DNA of 32,750 nt, taken from assembly GCF_001194135.2 (NCBI RefSeq), contig NC_068981.1, positions 77,558,029-77,590,778 of the forward strand, in the 5' to 3' direction. A program made the position numbers and the translations under genes. This DNA comes from Octopus bimaculoides (lineage: Eukaryota). The notes below the pieces were generated by a model. The model was not told the origin of the DNA. It saw only the letters and a list, made by a program, of their open reading frames with translations, and made no database searches. Positions 25,152 to 32,750 of this stretch are shown here, one piece after another (the stretch's first letter is position 1; every line of letters starts with the position of its first letter).

Positions 25152-26000
25152 ATTTTTATTTCTTTGTCATTAGATTGTGTCCATGCTGGAGTTCAGCCTT
25201 GAACAAATTTCAGTCGAATGTGTCGACCCTAGTACTTGTTTTTTTAAAGCCTGTTACTCATTCTATCGTTCACATTTGCCGAAGTACTAAGTTATGGTTG
25301 TCAAGCGGTGGCGGGGGANNNNNNNNNNNNNNNNNNNNNNNNNNNNNNNNNNNNNNNNNNNNNNNNNNNNNNNNNNNNNNNNNNNNNNNNNNNNNNNNNN
25401 NNNNNNNNNNNNNNNNNNNNNNNNNNNNNNNNNNNNNNNNNNNNNNNNNNNNNNNNNNNNNNNNNNNNNNNNNNNNNNNNNNNNNNNNNNNNNNNNNNNN
25501 NNNNNNNNNNNNNNNNNNNNNNNNNNNNNNNNNNNNNNNNNNNNNNNNNNNNNNNNNNNNNNNNNNNNNNNNNNNNNNNNNNNNNNNNNNNNNNNNNNNN
25601 NNNNNNNNNNNNNNNNNNNNNNNNNNNNNNNNNNNNNNNNNNNNNNNNNNNNNNNNNNNNNNNNNNNNNNNNNNNNNNNNNNNNNNNNNNNNNNNNNNNN
25701 NNNNNNNNNNNNNNNNNNNNNNNNNNNNNNNNNNNNNNNNNNNNNNNNNNNNNNNNNNNNNNNNNNNNNNNNNNNNNNNNNNNNNNNNNNNNNNNNNNNN
25801 NNNNNNNNNNNNNNNNNNNNNNNNNNNNNATATATATATATATATACGACGGTCTTCTTTCTGTCTACCAAATCCACTCACAAGGCTTTGATCGGTCGGC
25901 CCGCACCAATAGTACAAGACACTTATCCAAGGTGCCACGCAGTGGAACTGAAATCGGAACCATGTGGTTGGGAAGCAAGATTCTTACTGCACAGCCACAG
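25152..26000 (-). mobile_element. Full-length tRNA-derived SINE with an internal microsatellite/gap
   Basis: Head on the minus strand CTGTGGCTGTGCAGTAAGAATCTTGCTTCCCAACCACATGGTTCCGATTTCAGTTCCACTGCGTGGCACC (A/B-box-like); body and tail on the other side of the gap match 1262-1439. Confidence 0.85.
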
Positions 26001-26087
26001 TCATCTGTACGAATAATGTTGGTGAGAAGCTTCTTACCGTGGTCTCTAACATAACCTACAAAAGAAAACTGTGAGGATAGAGGAAGA

Positions 26088-26420
26088 GGTGAGTAGCTCG
26101 TGCTTTTAACCACTACGCCATATGCCCGTATGGCATAATGGTTAAAAGCGCGGGCTACTCACCCCAAGATTCCGAGTTCAATTCCAGGCAGTGACCTGAA
26201 CAACAACAACAACAACAATAATAATAATAATAATAATGATAATGACATAGAAAAATACCTCAGAAATGAGAACCCAGGTTCGAAATTTCCCCCAAGACAC
26301 CTGATGAAGGCTGGAGGGTATATCAGCCGAAACGTTGTGTTAACAACAAACAAGATGAGGTCAAATATCCGTCAAATGTAAATATTGCAAATGATGTACA
26401 TAATTCCTCATCTCTTAAAT
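26088..26420 (+). mobile_element. tRNA-headed short element carrying a hammerhead ribozyme, with an inverted 5' duplication
   Basis: A box TGGCATAATGG, anticodon-like arm GGG-CTACTCA-CCC, B box GAGTTCAATTCC, (CAA)n(TAA)n linker, hammerhead core at 26296-26341, AT-rich tail. Confidence 0.75.
26296..26341 (+). ncRNA. Minimal type I hammerhead ribozyme motif
   Basis: Stem I GACAC/GTGTT; core CTGATGA (26301-26307); extra A; stem II GGCTG/CAGCC with 10-nt loop; GAAAC; GTT triplet. The stem III region is the palindrome AACGTT. Confidence 0.78.
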
Positions 26421-26454
26421 ATAGAACTGTATTGTACAGAGATTTCCAATACTA

Positions 26455-26720
26455 TATTTGTATATCTCTGCGCCTAATCCATCCAGGGGCATCTTCATTT
26501 TTCAATTTGGCGATAGCCGGGTCTTTCAGGCATATTATCAAGAACAGAGAGATCAACTTCGGTGGGTCTTTTGAGAAACTCATCAAAGTGCTCTTTCCAT
26601 TTCCCAACAATATCTTTCGGATTTGTTAATAATTCTGTGCCATACTTGCTACAAATTGGAGTCGCCGTTAATGAAGTTTGACCATAAACTTTTTTCAAAA
26701 GAAAGTAAAGAAATTTTGAA
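26455..26720 (-). mobile_element. RTE-clade LINE fragment (EN-RT linker)
   Basis: FLLKKVYGQTSLTATPICSKYGTELLTNPKDIVGKWKEHFDEFLKRP...DAPG/DGLGAEIY. Confidence 0.85.
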
Positions 26721-27339
26721 TTGTTAGCATTTGAATACACACACACTTACATACATACATACATACATACATACAAGGATATATAAGTGAGTGTATCCTG
26801 AGCGTGTGATATATATTTATGTGCATTGATTTCCTTCAGCTAAGTCATAAAGAAGGCGTTAACGTAATATATGAAACGAAATGAGTTGGATATGTAATGG
26901 AAAGTGTGAACTGCCGATTCTTCTTGCTTACAAATTTGTTGGTTGACCAATCAGCGTTCACAAGCACCATAATAATCCAACGATGAGGAAAACATTTTAT
27001 ATCTAAGCTTATTTTACACCATTTTAATCAGAGGTTATTCTTTTTTTGACTGTCCTGAATGCTAACATTAATATTTTTGTGTCTTTTCTTTTCAGTATCC
27101 CATTTTATGTTATTTTCTCTCTCGTTTGTCTTAATCTAGTTATCTCCCTTCTTTTTCCCACAATGTTTAATTTGTTCTTCTCATTTCTTCCCTATATACA
27201 TTTTAATTTACTATTTATCCTCTATTATTCCATTTACAATTTATTCTACTATTTATTATCTATTATTCTTTCCGTTTTTGCATTATTTTTCTTGCTTTTT
27301 GACTTTTTTATGTTTATTTTCCCATATAGCTTTTCCTTT

Positions 27340-27395
27340 ATTCTTTTACTTGTTTCAGTCATGTACTGCGGCCATGCTAGAGCACCGCCTTAAAG
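27340..27395 (-). mobile_element. SINE 3' tail fragment
   Basis: Reverse complement reads AAGGCGGTGCTCTAGCATGGCCGCAGTACATGACTGAAACAAGTAAAA. Confidence 0.7.
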
Positions 27396-27820
27396 CTTGT
27401 TGAATTTTATTTTTTTATTCTTATATATTAGGTTCAATATCGATATTTCTTTGTTCATTATTCGTCTGGATTTTTCTTTTGTTTGTTTCGTCTCATTACT
27501 GTTAATTAATTTGGAGTCTTCTTTGCAACGAGATACCTTTAAGGTTTCATCAGAAAAAATGTCAAATAGCCTCAGGGCTAATAGAATATGTATATCTCGA
27601 GCCTCTACTTCGATATTAATACACGTGGCCTAGTTTCAAACATTCATGTGCACGGAGACACTATCACACACGCAGACACAAGCAAACTTGCAGACAAATG
27701 CACAGATATCTACAAGCGTTCATCCATCCACACAATAACACATACATACACACGCATGCGTACAAAAAACAGAGCAACGTATCTGCGTCTTGATATTGCT
27801 TGATACACATACATAATTAT

Positions 27821-27821
<1 letters not shown>

Positions 27822-27884
<63 letters not shown>
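27822..27884. repeat. (CA)n microsatellite
   Basis: Direct reading. Confidence 0.98.
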
Positions 27885-27886
<2 letters not shown>

Positions 27887-27964
27887 CTGGGCTAGAAATT
27901 CCGGTCTGAAATTCCGTAAGTCCTTTTCCCCTTTTCAAAGTAAACTCCGTGAACATATACAAAA

Positions 27965-29918
27965 AATATGAAACTCTAACAGGTTCTTAATATTCTCGGA
28001 TAAGACTAAGAACTTATACATGATCGATACATACACTTACGATAGGCTTTTAAATGATTCAATTACACAAAAATACAGACGCGCTTCCCCACTCGCTTAC
28101 AATACCATTAAGTGTGAGGCTAAACAGATAGCCGTTAGCCTAGGTATAGCAGACAGAGTAGAGATCCTGGCCAAGAGAAATGCCTCTATCACTTTAAAAG
28201 ATCACAAACCGAATTTTACCTCTAATCCCAAGTGTCTCCTGATCAGCCCGGTGAAGTCCGAGATTGGCCAGGCGAGTAAGTATATAATGAGGAATATTAA
28301 TCAAGGCATAAGAAGCCTCACTCTGTGGCGCAACACCAATGAGGTAACCTCATGGTTTATTAACAACCGGGACAGAAGCAGGGCTAAATTTACACAGTTC
28401 GACTTTTATCCATCAATTTCTTGAAGGCACTTTCCTTTGCCAAGGGTTTCACAGATATTGGTGATAGTGATGTAAGAGTTATCATGCGTGCCAGGAAGAC
28501 GGTGCTGTTCAGCCAAGATTCGACATGAGTTAAGCAATCTGACACCGAGGGAACCTTTGATGTGGCTATGGCAGCATATAATAAACCCGATGCCTGTAAA
28601 CCTATCGGATTATACATCCTGGACATCTCAAGCCTCTAGAGAAATGACCTAAATAGCACCTTGGGCTCAATGGGTCTCAAGATCACCATTGAGATTAATC
28701 TCACCACAGTGGATTTCTTAGATGTTACCTTAGATCTGGGTTCTGGTACACATAGGCCCTATCACAAGTCAAACGAGAGACTGTCTTATATTAGCACAGC
28801 CTCCTTCCACCCCTATATTATTCAAGAACCTAGTGAAAGGTGTAAGCAAGAGGATCTCGAATCTATCCTCGAGCCAGGATATCTGCCCCCTACTACAATG
28901 AGGCACTGGCATCAAGTGGGTTTAAGGACCGCATCTCCTACATACAAGGCCCTAACACCCGGAAAAGGACACGCCGTAGAAATGTCGTTTGGTTTGCTCC
29001 ACCATTCTCGCTCAACGTCAAGACTTTTGTGGGAAAGATTTTCCTTAGACTGATAGACAAGCATTTCACACACACACACATAGATACAGACATTTATTTA
29101 ACAGGCACAACCTGAGAGTCACCTTTAGTTGTGCACCTAACATAAAAAAGACTTTAACAAATACCCACAACACAATTATGGAGGCAGTTTGTTCTTGCAA
29201 GATATATAATAACTGAGGCTGAAAGAGTCATCTATGAAGCTACGGTGATACTTAGACCTATCCACATTACCAGTAATGTACCATCCAACAGCAATACTTT
29301 CAGATTAACTATATGTCACGCCAGTACAATCGGCACACACAGAGATGATAAATAGTTCGGGACCAGCGTCACAGAGGGCGTAACTGACGACCCCAGTACC
29401 ACCGCCACAGATAATGAACAAACATTATCATAGACACAGTTAGAATGACCAGGTCCGCAACATATGTTACCACCAGTACAATCGCCACACCCAGAGGTGA
29501 TGACCAATCCAGGACTAGCGACATAGAGGAGATATCCGGCATTCCCAGGACCACCGCCACCACAAATGATGATCAAATAACCGATAGGATTACCGGCCCT
29601 GTACAATATGTAACCAGGATTGCGAATGTGGCCACATCCCGAGTTTGTAAATATATTGGATCTGCTAGTACATCATTTCAAACGACGCTTTCACAACCAC
29701 CAGTCAGCCGTCAGGAGTCTCAGAAAGACAGTTTGTCACATCCCTGGCCCACCATGTGTGGCACCTCAAAAATCAAGGAATTTAATGGAATGAGCCTTTG
29801 CAAAATATGCATCGCGGGGAGAGCCAAAATTCTTAAAGACTATACGAAACCTGGCGCGTTAAATAGTCGTAAAGAAGTGTTTTCGAAATGTGTTCACTTC
29901 AAGCGCTATCTATAGGAA
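27965..29918 (+). mobile_element. Penelope-like retroelement, 5'-truncated and frameshifted (RT + C-terminal GIY-YIG; Neptune-like architecture)
   Basis: FSDKTKNLY..LAKRNASITLKDHKPNFTSNPKCLLISPVKSEIG..FDFYPSI; KALSFAK..FDVAMAAY..GLYILD; GLKITIEINLTTVDFLDVTLDL; RNVVWFAPPFS; FSCAPNI; VIYEATV ... KYIG; CKIC..LNSRKEVFSKCVH. Confidence 0.93.
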
Positions 29919-30261
29919 AATTGGATCTCGCCGTTTGCTGGTTAGCCCTTTTGAGGTTTATAGGGGTTGTTTTATCCTCTGGTTCAGGGGCAACAACCCA
30001 TCCTCATTAACGTTTTTTTTTATTCTAAGACTTAATTCTCGATTTCTGAACTTTTCCTTACGTTCGCGACGAATAAAATAAATTTTTTTTTCTTTATATA
30101 GAGTCTGATGAACTGTCCACAGGGCTTTGGCTCTGTGGATACGAAACCTTGTGTAATTCTCTGTATAAGTTATAATTTTTTTTTTTTTTTGCTGTAACAA
30201 TTACTGCTCCACTTTTTAGTGTTTGCTTCTTTTCTGATATGTTTTATTAATTAACTATATA

Positions 30262-30675
30262 CAGGGTGCGTAAGGTATTTGAGGATATACCTTCTTGTGG
30301 TCATTGCTGCATTTTTTGCTGACACTGTATAATCTTTGTTTCAGAAAATAATAATGGCATATTCTTAGCTTACTCAAGAAACGAAGATGTATGCTATTGT
30401 TGTTGTTATACAGACTGAGCATAATGATTTAGAAATATGTCGAGTTTTAAAACTTTCTCGATCTTTCGCTACAAAGTTTTTAAGGAGTTAAAGATTGAAG
30501 ATGGAAACGTATCACCAGTATCAAAGCTTAGAAAGCATTCTAAACGCTCTGAAATCATCAGAACGCCTGAATTTATCCAGCAAGTTTAAAAGATCATTGA
30601 TTACAATCCCAGAACGTCCATGAGGTCAATTGCAAAAGATCTCTGTGTGTCGGAAGGAAGATTAAGCAAAGAGTA
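30262..30675 (+). mobile_element. 5' end of a Tc1/mariner-superfamily (maT-like) DNA transposon
   Basis: TA|CAGGGTG terminus, then decayed HTH: EHNDLEICRVLKLSRSF..KLRKHSKRSEIIRTPEFIQQV*KIIDYNPRTSMRSIAKDLCVSEG. No catalytic domain or right TIR seen. Confidence 0.8.
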
Positions 30676-31149
30676 TTCAACAAGATTTTAAAAAGATATG
30701 CCAGTCAGAGCATCTCTCTTACAAGAAATAATTCCACAAATCATTTACAGTACCAGTAATAATGATACCAATTTGTGGGGATTTATCCCGAATACTCTAC
30801 ATAGGAAAGCTACTTTGTAGACATTAGAAGCAAGATCTTGACATCAATTACAAACTTACACAGAAACTGTGTTATTGACAGACTCTATCTCTCAAGAAAA
30901 ATGAAAGGAAGAGGTTTAGAATCACTATAAAAAGCCTTCGAGTGGTATATGGTACCATCCAGGCAACATCTACTAAAAATGGCATAGCAAAAAAACATGC
31001 TACAAGTGATCATCTTATGAGTCGGTAGTGAACACCTCGAGAAGTAATCACTATCTGATTATCTCCCCTGCGACCCAAAATTTTTGTAATGGCATATCTC
31101 AAGAAGTTGAGAGAGGATCGGTCTATATGCCACAAAAATCTCATGCATT

Positions 31150-31282
31150 GCAAGCGTGACTGTGTGATAAGAAATTTGCTTCCTAACCACATGATTCCGA
31201 ATTCAGTCCCGTTGCGTCATACCTTTGGGCTAGGCTGTCCAAAGCCTTGTAAATGGACTTGGTAGACGAAATCGAAAGAAGT
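31150..31282 (+). mobile_element. tRNA-derived SINE head (same family as 25830-26000)
   Basis: GTGACTGTGTGATAAGAAATTTGCTTCCTAACCACATGATTCCGAATTCAGTCCC...CAAAGCCTTGTAAATGGACTTGGTAGACG. Confidence 0.8.
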
Positions 31283-31554
31283 ATGTCATATCTATAGATA
31301 TATATATATCATTTGATGTACACAGTATAAAGATACGAGCTACTAATGGTTTCTTGTTTTGGAGACAAGGGTCTAGGCAGGGTTTTATAACACGCCTAAT
31401 GTCTCCAATGTATCCTCTGGCTATGAGTACATGGTCTATATCTGTTTGAAAATCAGGGCGCTGGTACAAGAGAAATCTCGGGGAAAAATAAAACAGTTCT
31501 ACCTTTTCCCTTTGCACGCTTGTTTTTTCTTGTGATTTTTCTTTCATTTTACAG

Positions 31555-31718
31555 TTTCACTCGCAAGCTTTGAGTCAAAACAGGGCGCTTTCTTAAGATA
31601 CGAGAGCTTGCTGAGGCAGGAGCTATTTGAAAAGTGTATCGCCGTGCTGAGGTATCGAACCGTGGTCTTCATAAATGCGAAGCTAGATTTTAAACAGTTT
31701 CCCACGTTTGTCTTGTAA
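31555..31718 (+). CDS. Candidate exon, product unknown
   Basis: Long polypyrimidine tract ending TTTTACAG. The phase-1 frame is open for 53 codons (SLASFESKQGAFLRYESLLRQELFEKCIAVLR...FPTFVL*). Possible alternative donor at 31652. No recognisable homology. Confidence 0.25.
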
Positions 31719-32151
31719 AATACCCCCATCCCACCCCGCGACAAATAAGCCCACGCACTCACATATACAAACATGTATGCTAATTTATTCCAAATTAGAA
31801 AAGAGACTGGTGAATGAATGCAGAAATAAGTCAATGATTGCGAAACAATTTCGACATGCATAGCTGGAGACTACGTCGATATCTACGAAATACAAATTAG
31901 AACCATGTGATAGAAAGGCTGCATTAACTGCTAAACTATTACTGTTAGTAGTTGTACACAACAATGCTTGCACAAAGGAAATATAGAAACATTTACAATA
32001 CATAGTTACGTATGCACATTTACACATACATACAAACATGCATACATACATACATACACTCAGCACGCATGCGTACACATCCAGACACACACAGCTTTCA
32101 GAAGACAATTTAAACAGAGAAACTTCGAAGTAAATGATCACTATTGATATC

Positions 32152-32191
<40 letters not shown>

Positions 32192-32449
32192 ATATATGTA
32201 TGTATATATATATATACATATACATGCGTATACACGCATTTATATACATACACACACACACAAACATACAAACNNNNNNNNNNNNNNNNNNNNNNNNNNN
32301 NNNNNNNNNNNNNNNNNNNNNNNNNNNNNNNNNNNNNNNNNNNNNNNNNNNNNNNNNNNNNNNNNNNNNNNNNNNNNNNNNNNNNNNTATATATAATAGG
32401 CGAGGGTTAGATATGCTCAGTATAGGAAACACGAAGTAGTGCACAGGAA

Positions 32450-32502
32450 AATTTCAACTTAAATTCTGAATTCTTTAAGAATTAGGAATTTAAGTTGAAA
32501 TT
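32450..32502. repeat. 53-bp near-perfect palindrome
   Basis: 24 of 26 positions pair by Watson-Crick around a single central T at 32476. Confidence 0.9.
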
Positions 32503-32609
32503 CATTTGAGAACACTACTGTAAGAGAAATCCAAGGCGAACTGCTATGGAGATTGTGATGCAGATAACCAGAGGTAGGCTCTATGAGAATATATTTGTAC
32601 ATATATTCA

Positions 32610-32632
32610 TGTATATCTATCTACCTATCTAT

Positions 32633-32688
<56 letters not shown>

Positions 32689-32691
32689 ACA

Positions 32692-32725
<34 letters not shown>

Positions 32726-32741
32726 CATACATACATACATT
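32610..32741. repeat. (TCTA)n(TACA)n microsatellite
   Basis: Direct reading. Confidence 0.97.
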
Positions 32742-32750
32742 AACCTCTGA

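Noticed and set aside
26129-26197. Functional tRNA gene
   Set aside because: The acceptor stem does not pair properly and it runs into a repeat body; it is a SINE-type head.
27530-27560. Minus-strand CTGATGA followed by a short stem
   Set aside because: No GAAA after stem II.
828-32743. Most ORFs in the supplied track (CVCV, HTHT, YIYI, LSIY and X-rich peptides)
   Set aside because: They are translations of microsatellites, T-rich tracts or N gaps.
1-32750. CRISPR arrays, rRNA genes or prokaryotic operons
   Set aside because: No regularly spaced repeat-spacer array, rRNA motif or gene-dense region; the sequence is eukaryotic.

Overview
Repeat-rich, AT-rich eukaryotic scaffold with seven N gaps, dozens of microsatellites and no confidently identifiable host gene. 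The tRNA-headed SINE families and microsatellite spectrum look like a coleoid cephalopod, probably Octopus (inference from recalled families, not a database search). Most non-microsatellite sequence is decayed mobile DNA. This includes a near-complete pogo/Tigger transposase fossil (-), a non-autonomous Helitron 5' segment with an STPR-like exon, two long Penelope-like elements (RT + C-terminal GIY-YIG), a fragment of a second Penelope-type nuclease, three RTE LINE remnants, a Tc1/mariner (maT-like) 5' end, MITE-like foldbacks and several SINEs. The best candidate for a poorly described system is at 26088-26420. A tRNA-derived Pol III head with an inverted 35-bp duplicate of itself is followed by an intact minimal type I hammerhead ribozyme core whose stem III can only form as a dimer. 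Also notable are a Thr-rich tandem-repeat insert inside a Penelope GIY-YIG domain and a chimeric SINE flanked by one target-site duplication. Most ORFs in the supplied track are microsatellite or gap artefacts.
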